From Amoebophrya sp. A120 (lineage: Eukaryota; Protista; Dinoflagellata): a stretch of DNA of 64,000 bases. Location of the stretch: assembly GCA_905178155.1 (NCBI GenBank), contig CAJINV010000005.1:3531902-3595901 (forward strand). The letters run 5' to 3'. Under the pieces are notes generated by a model, which did not search any database, was not told the origin of the DNA, and was given only the letters and a program-made list of their open reading frames with translations. Of the stretch, positions 11,942 to 24,094 are shown one piece after another; position 1 is the stretch's first letter; each line of letters begins with the position of its first letter. The position numbers and the translations under genes were made by a program.

Positions 11942-13382
11942 CTAGCTTTGCTCGTGATCATCGAACCTCCCGCCCTCGCGCTCCGCCTGAATTGTCGCGT
12001 CGCCACCTGACTCGCCAGGGCTCGTTCCGGTCTCCTGTCCGGTCCCGGCGACCCCCGGCGCAGCGTTCGTCACCAGCACGCCGTCGTCCCTGGCGAATCC
12101 TTCGCCCACGGTGTCGTGGCCGTGGGCTAAACCGGCAGCGGGTCCGTCGATCCTCCCGGAAGTAGTCTCTTGATCGGGAATGGTCTTGCTACTGGATTTT
12201 CCCGCCATCGCGCCGCGGTCAAAACCTGGCTCCGCCGGGGAAGTTGTGTCCTTCTTCAGGTCACCGACGTCGGCCGTGTCGTGCTGTTTCTCGACAAAGG
12301 AGCTCCACCAAGACCAAGGTCTCAGCGCGTCAGCTCGGTAGAGGAGACGGTGCGCACTCCTGATAGTAAGGTCTATTTCAGGGGTGCTCTCGAGAAAACG
12401 ATGACAGTCGATTATGACGCAATTCGTCGCGGTTTTCAACTTCCTCGAGCCCCTGCCAGTGATGTATTCCACAATTTTGTTTCTGTGAATGGAAGTGGTC
12501 TGCTTCCTGTTTAATTGACGGTGATTCTTCTGGTGTATTGTAATCTGTCGATTTAACGTGTCGAGACTCTTTTCACATTTTTCCGACAGCTTGGTAGGGG
12601 GTGGCACTGGTTCAAGATCCGGCATTTCCGCATCGGTCTCCTCCGACGAGGACAAGGACGAGCCGCTCGACTTCGACGGGACGAACTCGCTCGTTATTTC
12701 GGTTTCGGTACTATCCTGTTCACGTTCACCTCCACATCCACAAAACAACGACTTGATTCTTTCCTGCCAAGATGAAGGCCGCAGTTCGAATTGCAAAAAA
12801 TCCGCGTGCGTGTCTTGCGCCGGCACTTTCGCGCTTCTCGGTTTCGCCGCGTCTTCCCGCTCCGTCTTCTTGCTGCTCTCACTATTCACCCCACCAACGT
12901 CGACTTCCAGGGAGGACGATGCGGCTCTTTCCATTTCGTCCGACCTGCGATTGCACCAGTCCTTCCGTTCCGCTTTGGAAATCTTCTTATCCCCGTTTTT
13001 GTCCGCTCCGCCACGCACCAGCGCCGTGTTCTGCAGGTCGAATATCATCCAAAGCAGGTCTGGCATCGGTGTCATGTCTTTGTTTTTGCCCAGATTGGAC
13101 ACGAATTGAGCAGTGATGGATGTCGAGTGTTCATACCCCCCGGGCAAGATGTGGTCTTGGTCTGGTTCCCCCTTCTGTTTGAACGCAAACGGCATCGGGT
13201 CCTGCAGGAACCACGCGGGGAGGGGAGGGGGGGGTAGTTGTCGACGCAGCTACCTTCATACCGGCTTGATCGCCCGCGAACGTAATATCCGGGGCCGCGT
13301 CACTGTGTTCCGTGCTGTGAAGGTGTTCCTCCGCAACGGCGACACTAGGCAGCACAAGAAAAGATTTGATGACGTGCCGCAT
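11942..13382 (-). CDS. Hypothetical protein with a signal-peptide-like N-terminus and one EF-hand-like loop; apparent 1-nt frameshift in a G/C homopolymer
   Basis: ORF 13131-13382 (MRHVIKSFLVLPSVAVA) joins ORF 11942-13195 (...PLPAWFLQDPMPFAF) across the G-run at 13218-13235. DKNGDKKISKAE fits an EF-hand loop pattern. Confidence 0.6.
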
Positions 13383-13709
13383 TGTTTTCTGCTACATGCA
13401 GCTTTTCAATTATCTTTAAAGAAAAAAAAGAGATCCAGTTTCTTTGAGTTTGTACTTGGCCAACAAGAAAGTTTGTCCGTTCCCGTTGACTACATGTACA
13501 TACGTGCCTGATGACTATCTTATATATTTATTGGTGGAAATGGTATCCACCTTAGGTGAAGGTGAAGGAAAACACAAAGGAGGAATAAGCACTGACTCTG
13601 AAGCAACAAGACCTCGGTCACTGCAGCTTCACACCTCCCCCTCGGCGACGCAACCAAGAATTTCAATATTCTATTTTTTCGTTTTTTCCAAAACACAATA
13701 CTCAATCAT

Positions 13710-15221
13710 CATTTTATGCAGTTACCGCAGACGGGCCACCCAATGGATGGCCGCTCGGTGGGAGCAGTCCCCCACCACGTCGTCGAGGCGCCCAGGGAGA
13801 TGGAGCACCTGACCCGCGATGGAAGACATGGACCTCTGTCACACCCCGTAAGAAAAGGGCGGCGCGAGGTCTTAGCGGCCCATCCGTAGTAACGCAACCA
13901 CCTTGAAACAACTGGGAGGGAGGGCGGGCGAAACAAATACCACCCCGAAATTCGGTGGGTTGTCCTGACTAATCTTCTCAAGTCCTGGCTACCGTACACT
14001 AAAGGGCTGAGGGCGGACACGGGCATAAAATACCGCCCGACCATCCTCAGCCTAGACTCACAGGCTCGCTAGCCTGCTGCTGCCCGGGCATACATTTTAT
14101 GCAGTTACCGCAGACGGGCCACCCAATGGATGGCCGCTCGGTGGGAGCAGTCCCCCACCACGTCGTCGAGGCGCCCAGGGAGATGGAGCACCTGACCCAC
14201 CGGCGGAGGCCGGATACGCCGAAGCATCCCAAAGAACCCGCTGTGGCGCTTGCGGCCAGTAGATGAATTTGGGAAACCGGTGCGCCCCATCGATGAAGGC
14301 GTAGCAACGAACGACGACGGGCTGAAAAGTGAGCCGATAGACTAAGACGCGGGCCTATCAGAAGGGTCCGCCAAATAGAACGAAAAACCGCGATCGCCCA
14401 GGCTTAGCATAGCCCCATTACAAACCAATCGGACGAGTCTCGGTCTCGCATAGCGATGGGAGGGGAAGTCCGGATATTTATCTCAAAGCAGATCCAACGA
14501 AGTCCAGCGCTCTAGTCAGGGAGAAAGTTCGCAAGGGTAACGGGTTCGAACCGCCAGTGCCAAACGACCCCTCCTCCCATCGCAAAGCGAGACCGACCGC
14601 CGTTCCTCGTCCCGAGGACAGAACGGCCAGACAACACCTATCCCGCATAGATAGCTGGCAACGAGACGTTTCCGACCTTCGGAGTCCAAAATTCCCGCAC
14701 AGCGGACCAAGCTAGACCTTCGGACAAGCGAAAGCCAGAACTTGCGAAAGGCGGAAGCCAAATTTCCCGACAAGCGGAAGCCAAAGTTCGAGGCTCCGAA
14801 AAAGCGGAAGCCAAAATTTCCGACAAGCGGAAGCCAAATTTTCCGACAAGCGGAAAGCCAAAATTTCCGACAAGCGGAAGCCAAAATTTCCGACAAGCGG
14901 AAGCCAAATCATCCGCAAAGCGGGCCAAACAATCATCCGCAAAGCGGGACTAACGATCATCCGCAAAGCGGGACTAACGATCATCCGCAAAGCGGGCCAA
15001 ACGAGACTTACTACCAACGGCAGGGGCGTTACTCCCTGGGAACAAGAGAAGGCGAACAAATACCACCCCGAAATTCGGTGGGTTGTCCTGACTAATCTTC
15101 TCAAGTCCTGGCTACCGTACACTAAAGGGCTGAGGGCGGACACGGGCATAAAATACCGCCCGACCATCCTCAGCCTAGACTCACAGGCTCGCTAGCCTGC
15201 TGCTGCCCGGGCATACATTTT
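13710..15221 (-). mobile_element. Non-autonomous split-direct-repeat (PAT/Ngaro/VIPER-type, DIRS order) element
   Basis: 106-bp repeat at 13710-13815 and 14093-14198; 167-bp repeat at 13932-14098 and 15055-15221. On the minus strand this is A1-body-B1-A2-spacer-B2. CATTTT is present at both ends and at the internal junction. Confidence 0.8.
14720..15000. repeat. Two adjacent minisatellites inside the SDR element (about 22-23 bp x8 and 24 bp x4)
   Basis: CCGACAAGCGGAAGCCAAAATTT units followed by ATCATCCGCAAAGCGGGACTAACG units. Confidence 0.9.
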
Positions 15222-15811
15222 TTTGGCCTTACACAAAATCAGGAAGCAGCTGCAAATCGACACTGAGATTCACGATGAAGTTGTTCTGGAGCTTGTGGTC
15301 GTGGTAGGCAATCATCCAATCGGAAATCAGCACTACCTCCAAAAGCGAAAGACACAACTACACAAAGTTGTTCTTTCAGGTGAAAGTCCACCACTTGCAC
15401 TAGTGGTTTTTTCAAAGAACGGGCAGCTGCAGTCCAGTGATTCCACTTCTAGGCTCTTCGGTGTCGAGTCTATTTCCGCAATCACTGAGGAGCAGTGGAA
15501 GTCGTACCTACTTCTAGTGCCGAAGATTGGTGATTACTGGGTCAGCAACATTGTAAGTAATTTTTGTAGCGGTGTCGCTTATTCTTTCGTCAAATCATAA
15601 TGCTACATCGGAGCAGGGCCCCCACCTGCACCTAGTGCCGGCATGCATAAGACTACAACCATGCATGCATTATCGAGATATTCATCAAAAAGAGCGGTCG
15701 TGATTCAAAAACTTTTGCGAGAGTCGTAGGTCGTTATCAGTGCGCCGTGAAAAAAATCATTGGATATCAAGCATCTTGGTCTCCATCTTCTCTATTTGAA
15801 AAAGCTAAAGC

Positions 15812-16563
15812 TATTGAATACGTTGAAAGTAGAGCATCGTTAAGAGTAGAGGGTATGTCGTGCTGGGTTTTGATTGTACCACTATGGTAGTTCTTTTAAT
15901 ATTATCGCAGTCAATTATATAAGGAATTTCCGGCCGCGATTTGCGAGCAATGCGAGCAATGCGACAGCGATCCGAGGTCTTGCGAGTTGCGAGCGCGCAG
16001 ATCTGTCGCAAGTGTTGCGAGTCGTTCTCGCAAGTTCGTCTGCGAGTGCCCACGCTCGAATCCTAGTTGGGCGCCATAGTAAGTCCTAATCCTATATAAC
16101 GAAGCTACCTAGTATCTCGGTCGGGGTGGGTGCCGGCAGGTGATGGTGAAAAGATGTCCTCCAACAAGATGCGCCGCAAGTGCGCCGAAACATCAAACAC
16201 ACACCCACACCGGCGTCGTTTCTGAACCTACTTCGCTAGACCTAGCGCGGGCCCCGCGACGGCAGCCTTCCATCATGGCTTCTTTTTTGTTCCCCGAGAA
16301 AAATCTAAAACCTAAACACTGCGCTCCTGGGTAAGAGAGCGAAGCCGCCACTACAACAACCCCAGGGCAGGATAACCAGTTTTGTACTTGCAGGCCAGTG
16401 CGCCGCCGTGTAGTTCGCGAATCGCGACGGTATGGCGGGGATTTCATTGCTGCGCGCCTGACTGCTGGCAGACCCTCGCGATTTGCGAGCAATGCGGGCA
16501 ATGCGAGCAATGCGACAAGCCGCGACCGGTTTGCGACTCAATGCGAGTCGCATTGCTTATATA
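15812..16563. repeat. Interspersed repeat with GCGAGCAATGCGA clusters near both ends, related to 10766-11824
   Basis: CGCGATTTGCGAGCAATGCG at about 15935 and 16477. Boundaries are approximate. Confidence 0.35.
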
Positions 16564-16670
16564 AATCTCTGTTATCGTGTGCAGAAAAAGAACACTTCTG
16601 CATCCTGATAATCAGTGTCCTCACGCCGTCCTCCAATCTCAGCGGCCATAATTTTTCCCCGCCAGGTAGC

Positions 16671-19600
16671 TTACATGGTGACCAGCCGGACCTGTTCCAC
16701 CACCTGGGAGACGATGTACGGCAAAATTCCCTCCGTCGCCCGGACCTCAATCTGCGTCAGCGGTTTTCCACGCGAGAAGAAGATCGATTCCACGCTTCCC
16801 AAGCCCTTGACTCGCTGTCGCAAGTCCAGGAGAAAAAAGTTTTCGTCCATTTCCTGTTTCGTGTCGTCCAGCGCGACAATGCCCTGCGTCGAGAAAAACT
16901 CCGGGATATCCGGGATTTTCACGAGACAGGTCAGCTGCTCCGCGATCGGAATGTCCGGCACCATGGTAAACGGTCGCGGGTTGTGTGTCGCGATGTAGGC
17001 CCGGGGCGGCGGCCCGACTGCACCGCCTCCCATGGAGTCCCGGGTCGTGTTTCCGCGTTGCTTTTCCCGCTCGCGATCCACATTACGAGCGCCACGATCC
17101 CCCGCGCGGGGCTTGGAGGTGTGGTCGCGGGTCTTGCCAGCTTATGACATGCGCAAAAGTACTTCTAGGCACCTCACTGGCGGCGCATGCGCAAGCTACA
17201 GCTTCAGCTCCTTCATCTTTACGAAGATATCGAAGTTCTTTGCGGTGTCTCACCATCAGAAGTGCGAGCTGCGAAGGGCTATGTACTATGTATCACTATG
17301 CAACATTAGCATGACATACGTCAGCACAGAATAAAAGTTTGCCGAAATAACTTGTCATGCATATTTCTGTAAGCGTAGTATAAAACTTTTGCAAGTCATA
17401 GGCCACGATGCGAAATCTCGTCGTCCTGTCGGTCGGCAGTGGTCGTCTTCGAATCTTGATTACGACGGGAGAAGCTATGGATTGCAAAAGTGTCTGGGTC
17501 TGGAAAGATGCAAGTTTTGTCATGCAGGTTTTCCATGACCCATAAGGTCTGGAATGCGGGAGCTAGCATGACACATTCTGTGAGGTCGTTATCATGCCTA
17601 CTCTGCATGAGAAACTCCCTCTCCACTCCTCGTCGATAGAAAGTGGACAGCCTTTGGCACTTATGCAACACAGATTTCTGTATGATTCAGATCTAGCATG
17701 ACAAGTTGCAATCTTCCAGACCCAGACATATTTGCAATGCGTAGAAGCGGTTCTCTTGCGATTCCTCGTTGGTCTGTTGTGGTTGGTTGTTGCCATCATT
17801 CTTGTCACGACTTTTGATGCAGCTCTTGTTCCTGTTTCTAGAAGCAGAGATAGAGCGGCCAGAGCGAGACGAATCTGCGCGACTGTTGTTTCTGCTTTTG
17901 ATGTCAACACTACCACGCTCGCTTTTTGCGTCTTCATCGCTTTGATGTTCGTGTTCCCGACTTTTATGGAAGAACGGATTGCGTCGCGACGAATCCTTGG
18001 TGTTTTGATTCAACAGACGTTCTCTCTCTTCCTTCAGTCTCTTCATGGCAGCCAATCTACCCTCCCCACGAAACTCGCTGCAACTGCGACTGCCGTCGGA
18101 TTTTTCGCTGTCGGTTTGTATATTGTCGAGAAAAGCCCGAATTTTTTTCGGCTTCACCGGCCGCGGCTTGCGACTCTGGTCGTCGATCTTCCCCGGTGTA
18201 ATATCAGTCGTAGCAGCCGCCGCTCCTGCAGCTTTGGTCCCCCCCGTTGCGGCAGGGTCAGAAGTTTTCAGTAGTGTCTTTGTGTGCAAATCTTGTTGAC
18301 GACTAGAGGTCCTCTCATCATCATGCTGAGGTATTTGTTTATCGTTTCTATTCTGTCGTTTTTGTTGATGATGCCTGTCAGTTGTACTAGTTCTGGCAGT
18401 AGTCTTCATCTCATTGGTAGTTGCAGCTGATGTAGCAGTAGTGGATTTCAAGAATTTGACGTCATTTTCTTGATCAGACGTAGTAGTTACCTTGTTGTGC
18501 TGTTCCTCTCGTTATCAAATGCAAATATGTCTGGGTCTGGAAGATTGCGCAAGTTTGTCATGCATGTTTTGGATCACTCAGATGCTCTGGAATGCGCGCA
18601 GCAGCATTACAAGTTTTCTTCGGGTGGCTTGATGCTTATCCTGCATGAGAAACTCGCTATTTGCGTAGCAAAAAGTTGACAGCTTTTGGCGTTCACGCAA
18701 CACAAATTATTGTGTAATCCAGAGTTTGCATGACAAGTTCGGATCCTTCCAGACCCAGACATTTTTGCAATGCATACCCGCCCGCGACGGTCGTCTCGCT
18801 CGCGGTCCCGGCGACGATCGTCCTCACGGTCACGCTCTCCTCGACCACCACGGTCACGATCTTCTTCCCGGTCACGATCCTTTCCCTTCCCCTTCTCGCC
18901 GCCAGACACCGCCGGAGGACCCGCGTTTTCGTAACCCCGGTTTGCCTTGTCCTCTTTTGCTTCGTCCATCTGTCTCCGCCGCTGCTCCGACTGCGACCGG
19001 TCGTCGTAAAACACTTGAAAGACGTCGTTCAATAAGTTCACCACTTTCATCACGTCGGTCAGCTTGCCTGTCAGTTCCAGCTATGCACTGCAAAAGTATC
19101 GCACTCGTAGTATCAATCGCAGTCAAGGCGCATTACAAGAACAAATCTACTTCTCGAAGTAAATCCGCATCACACATTTCATGTCTCACGCTGCGGAAAA
19201 AAAAAATTGTCATGCGATTTCTACCAGTGCGACCCTTTTGCAAGAATGCATACCAGCTCCGCGTCGAACTGTTGCTGTACCGGCTTGCTGTCGATCTGCA
19301 CGTCCACTCTGTAGTGTTTCCGCAGGTGCTGGATCCGCGCGCCTTTCGTACCAACGACCAAAGCCATCAATTTCGTGGGGGCCAGGAAAATACACTTGTA
19401 CTGATCACGATCGGTCTCCGGGAAGACGAGCTTCATCACGTTCTTCATCGCCAAAGCGCACTGGTCAATCGCGTGGTCGTACCCCGCGAGCTGGATCATT
19501 TTCATTTCAGAACCATGTTAGCTGCACCAGTAGAAGATGGAGGGTCCTCTGCATCGTAAATCCATCGAAATCAGCGTGTACGAGAACGCATCACAAAGTA

Positions 19601-20086
19601 AAGATAATACGGAAGATCTTGTGGAGGTCCTTCTTCTCATGCACAACGATCTGCAAGATGAACACAACCACAAGCCATCAATACCTGCAGCCTTGGCGAA
19701 ATACTGACAATGTGATCCGTACAGTTATCTCCACTCGTGAACGGTTTCGCCGACACGTTGAGAAAGACCCCGCAATTGGTGCCAATCTCCCGCACATTCG
19801 ACCCGGCGACGCCGATGATCGCTTTTTGCGCGGAGTAGGGCACGAGAACGCGCAGCGAGTTCGCCCGTCCCTGGGCAAATTTCGGGTCGTAGTTGTCTTC
19901 CATCCCCGGGCCCTTGCCCTTCCCACGGGCCCCTTTCGGCCCGTCGCGATCGAAGTGACCACCTTTGTACATCCCGCGGTCACGCGAACGGCCCCGACGG
20001 GCATCGCGGCTGTCGCGACGGCGCGGGGGTCCATCTTTTCCGCGACGGGGGGAGCGATCCCGACGGCCGCGCGAATCCCCTCCCAT
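16671..20086 (-). CDS. KH-domain RNA-binding protein with RD/RS-rich regions, multi-exon
   Basis: ATG at 20086 (MGGDSRGRRDRSPRR). KH1 LRVLVPYSAQKAIIGVAGSNVREI. KH2 FLAPTKLMALVVGTKGARIQHLRKHYRVDVQID...ELELTGKLTDVMKV is completed only after removing 19082-19252 plus 5 nt. Later exons join in frame across the 18513, 17476 and 17143 elements; stop at 16671. Confidence 0.8.
17143..17400. mobile_element. Old introner, readable as a GC-AG intron at 17141-17403
   Basis: IR TATGAC..GCAAAAGT / ACTTTTGCAAGTCATA. Direct repeat decayed; removing element plus 5 nt restores frame. Confidence 0.6.
17476..17743. mobile_element. Introner family A (268 bp), DR GAAGC
   Basis: TIR TGCAAAAGTGTCTGGGTCTGGAA. Perfect 5-bp DR; removal gives ...ENRFSRRNQD. 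Confidence 0.9.
18513..18776. mobile_element. Introner family A (264 bp), degenerate DR CTCGT/CCCGC
   Basis: Family A TIR at both ends; removal plus 5 nt gives ...RRGREEQHNK. Confidence 0.85.
19082..19252. mobile_element. Introner family B (171 bp), DR CCAGC
   Basis: TIR TATGCA.TGCAAAAGTATCGCACT. Interrupts KH2; removal gives AELELTGK. Confidence 0.9.
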
Positions 20087-21294
20087 TGCTTCAGCGGTTC
20101 GTCTGATAAAATAGGTTGATACGCTTTTACCTTTACGTATGATGTTGCTCGCCACAATGCAAGCGTAAGAGAACAAAGAAATGACAAAATAATAAATTCA
20201 AATAACTACGGGTGTAGAAAACTATTGATGGCGTGGTCGTTACTATTTCAAAATTCCTAGTAGTTCCAGTTTCTTGTGCTCCCTCATTTAGATTTACAGA
20301 AGGTGGGAATGCCGTTCTTTATTGTGTAACTCCTCAGGTCGAAGAAGATGAAGATGAAGATGTTGCCAGGCAATGCGGTTCCTGTTTTTCGAAGAGTTGG
20401 AAGAAAGGAAACGCGCAGTTAATCAATCCAGCTAGAACAGCAATCGTACGAGGGCACCAGATCGAAAATGATCGCCAAAATCACGGCTCGTCTTCACGAG
20501 ATAAATGAAAATGTGATTCATCCAATGCGCAGCAGCTCTAACTTTATCGCGCCGGAAATGGAAACTTACAAAGACGCAATGGATCATCCTCTTCGCATTC
20601 GCGTTTTGACAAGGATCTTCATGGCGTAGGTCTCGCATACACTGTTCGCGGCTCGCTGATAAAGATGTTGAAAAAAAACGCTGACTTTCAGGTGTTGCTC
20701 CTTGTATCGCTCTTTTCGGAAAGACGGAGTAACATGATTGGCCTCCGACAATAAAAAAAAATCACATTGCAACAACATGCGCGCTACTAGCTGCACTAGT
20801 AGAAGCAGGCTCTTTAGCTTGTTCAGATCAGCGACCACCTGAATCTCAGTCACTTCACAATAATCCTCGATCAAGAGCAGGTGCACGGGATGGCATGAAG
20901 GAGAAGGAGGGCCTTCCAGATCAAGGGGATCGGTTTTGCTGCACAATGGAGCAACTTTTTTTTGAACACAAAGAAACCATGACACTGTGACTATTATAGC
21001 ACCAGCAACTTCCACAACTGCTTGTGAAGATTCGTCGTGAGATGTTTTTTGAAGAACCAAAATCTTTAAGTGACAGATTTTGGTTTACTTTCAACAGTTC
21101 TTCATCAGTGACTTCCAGGCTTTAGGAGGTCGTGTCGTCCGGCCTTCATAGCGTCGGGAATTGGCCGCGTTCTTCTTGCTGCAGTTTTAGTATTTTATTC
21201 AGGACGAGCACCCGCACATCAAAACATCATGGTTATTGCAGACACAGCATATCGATGAAGCTAAGGCAAAAAACAATTGCAGCCTGCCTCTACT

Positions 21295-22507
21295 TCACTG
21301 TCCCCAGCCAGTGTGCTTATTCATCTTTTTCTCCAACAGCTGTGGCCACGGTTCCTGGTCATTTTCCTTTATTAATTTGAACACCAGTCTGCACTTGTCG
21401 CTGGAAACTTTGTAGCTGTTTTTGTCCGGAAGGATCTTCGCGTGGAATGGCTGATCCCGGACGAGAAAGCGGTAGATCGTGTTCTGCGCTTCCACCAGCA
21501 CGTTGAGCTCCATTCCAAGCCCGTCTTCTTGGTAGGTTACCTTTAGAAGTAGGTCGGTTTTTTATTTGAGTGCTGTGCAGAAAAAATTCATAGGGTTGTT
21601 CCTTATCCTTCACATAGCCTGTAAATATCAAGATCAACTCGGACAGCATGCAGAGTATTAATGTCATTCACCATGGTCTTCCGTGCGGACACTATGGAAG
21701 GCTGTCACACCGTGGCAGATGATACACGATGGCACCACCTAGACATAGAGCAACGGAAAGCATAGATATCCCGAATCGATATAGCGAGTGGAAGAGAAAC
21801 TACAAATACACAAAGAGCTCGACTTCATTTATAAAAGTCTTGTACCGTCACAGTCCCCTGCTTCAGGATCTCCGGATCCTCGAAGTCTACGTGGAGTTTC
21901 ACGTTCTTATTCCCGTCTTCAAACATGTATTTTTCCACTTTTTTTATCCTTCTTACCGGCTCGCTCTCGTCCCTCGCGGCGGCTAGTCTCGGAAAATACC
22001 GCTCGTCCTTCTCATCCAATTTTTCCGGGTTGCCGTATCCTGAGGAAAAACGTCCCCACACCAGAGTCAAGATGGGGAAACCGCTAGACAAATCGGCTAG
22101 CTTTGGTTGTTTCGCATGACAAATTTGTCTTCGTATTGTAATGCTGTTTAGGTAGTTCAGCAGCATCACAGATCTACCATATGTTGCTGATTATAGCATC
22201 ACAAATTCCAAAACACGACTAGCAAATGCTTCTCATGGGGCTCCGCAACAGAAATTTTTTTGGCATGCACATTTGCATGACAGCTCTGGGAGGGTGGTGA
22301 CGTTCTTACACAGGATATGCCGTCCGGATTACACAGGTTCTTCCCCTCCAACTTTTTCGCTTGGGACAAGTCCTCCCGCGGCCGGTTGTGCGCGTGGTAG
22401 TAACTCAGATCCTTCTTTTCCTGCAACGACTGCTCAATCGCGCGCTTCTGCTCTTCGGTCTGTTGTTCCGCGGGAGCAGGAGGCGATGTCGCAGGCGATT
22501 CGGTCAT
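21295..22507 (-). CDS. CS (p23/CacyBP-like) domain co-chaperone-like protein, 3 exons
   Basis: MTESPAT...SYYHAH...NPDG|NPEKL...VEKYMFEDGNKNVKLHVDF...YRFLVRDQPFHAKILPDKNSYKVSSDKCRLVFKLIKENDQEPWPQL matches the CS-domain pattern (Y.W/F.D...V.I.V and L.K....W..L). Confidence 0.7.
22036..22317. mobile_element. Introner (282 bp), DR TGCCG
   Basis: IR TATCCTG.G.AA.AACGTC / GACGTTCTTACACAGGATA; removal gives NPDGNPEKL. Confidence 0.9.
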
Positions 22508-24094
22508 TTTGAATGCAGCTTGGTGCGTGTAGTACAAAATTTGCGATACGATTCGATAGCTAAATGGAGGTCGTGGTGAATATGAGTTATTAAAAATCGC
22601 GTCAGGTGGTGTGGTGCGCAATGAGAAATCGTGTGGTTGACCACGCGTCAGTAGAAGTGGACCAAGCAGCGAGCTACAATCTGCAGAAGTCTTCAAAAAT
22701 AATATCAGAAAAAGTGGAACTTTGTACGTAGTTTGATTACTTTTCCTTTGATGCGTCGATGAATCTGCAGATCATTCTCATGTCACATGGTTTAATTGTT
22801 GTTCGCTGTGATGAAGAAAAAAAATCAGGCGCACATCAACTAGGGAACATTTTTACCATGATACCGCCCGCCCGCTGCGACCAGCCGCTTGGCTATGTTA
22901 AGAAGACAGAGAAAATTATCCCTGCAACTTCTGGAAGCAGGAGCCGACAGGTAGAAATAAGATCTCGTCACCGCAGACAGTGGCTGGTGTGCACGACACT
23001 TTTCTGACTCACTCATAGTTTTGTTTATCTTCATCGCAGACGGCGCAGAGGCAGACTCGCAACCAGTGTCAGCTACCACCACAAGCCAGAGCAACTTCCG
23101 AATCTTCATCTGCCCGGTCGTTTCGTTGGTCTTAGTATCCACTTTTCCACTGCCTGACGGTGACTTTTTCGAATAGAACCTTATATTTGTTGAAATGCAT
23201 TTTTCACTAGTGAAAATGGTTTTCATTTTTTTCTATTTCACAGACATAAATAATTTCAGTCCATCTTCTCGAAGGGAAATGATAGAGATTTTTGCAGCTG
23301 AACGAGACAATTTTATTTCAGAAGTGCATTTACATTTGGCACGAGAACAGAGCTATTGGAAAAATTATGAGATGCAGACGATAAAAGAAGAGATTTAAGA
23401 GTATCACTTTATCGCTGCAATAAAGCTCAATGGAAGTTTTACATTTGGCAGAATGAATTTCGCAAACTCTATTTCAAACGAGATGACGAGCAGGTACAAA
23501 ATCATTGTGATTTCCTAGTGCAAAATTGGGCTTGTCACTGCAGAAATCAGAAAATGAAATCCAAATCGACTCGAGCCATATGAAGAATGGACTCTGAAAC
23601 TTTAAGGAGGATATTAGATGAGTGCGAGTTGGAAATGAAGCCAGTAAGGCTCCTAAAAGCTCCACTCCACACACGGCACTGAATCAATCTAAAAGCTGTT
23701 CTAGAAACACATAAACAGTACAGCACGCTCCAAGGATAAAGTAAGTTTGTCTTATTAACAAAGCGGTAGTTAGTTCATCGTATTGACAAAACAAATGTTT
23801 GTGTTATCAATACTTTCGCCTCACAAGAAGAAGTTTGTAGGAGTGCTACAGAGTCGCGTCATCGAGGAGATTACAGGGCGCGGCATCACAATCAATATTC
23901 TCAAGGGTCGTCATGTCAACATATCAAGTAGTGCAGGGAGGAAAGAAAAAATTCTCAAAACGATGGGCTGCTGCTGCAAGTGCAACTATAGTGAAAATAA
24001 GATGTTTTCGATAGCAGTTGCGGCATGTGAACGAGGCCATGTAGGTCGAGGGAAGAGGCTCGAGGGAAAAAAAGGACAACCACTCCTGCTGACT

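Noticed and set aside
13218-13235. Programmed frameshift in the 11942-13382 gene
   Set aside because: It falls in a G homopolymer, where a consensus error is the simpler explanation.
14720-15000. Short tandem units as CRISPR or a repeat protein
   Set aside because: Head-to-tail minisatellites without spacers; their ORFs are by-products of the repeats.
22840-23226. 128-aa minus-strand ORF as a gene
   Set aside because: No motif and AT-rich intergenic context; cannot be supported without expression data.
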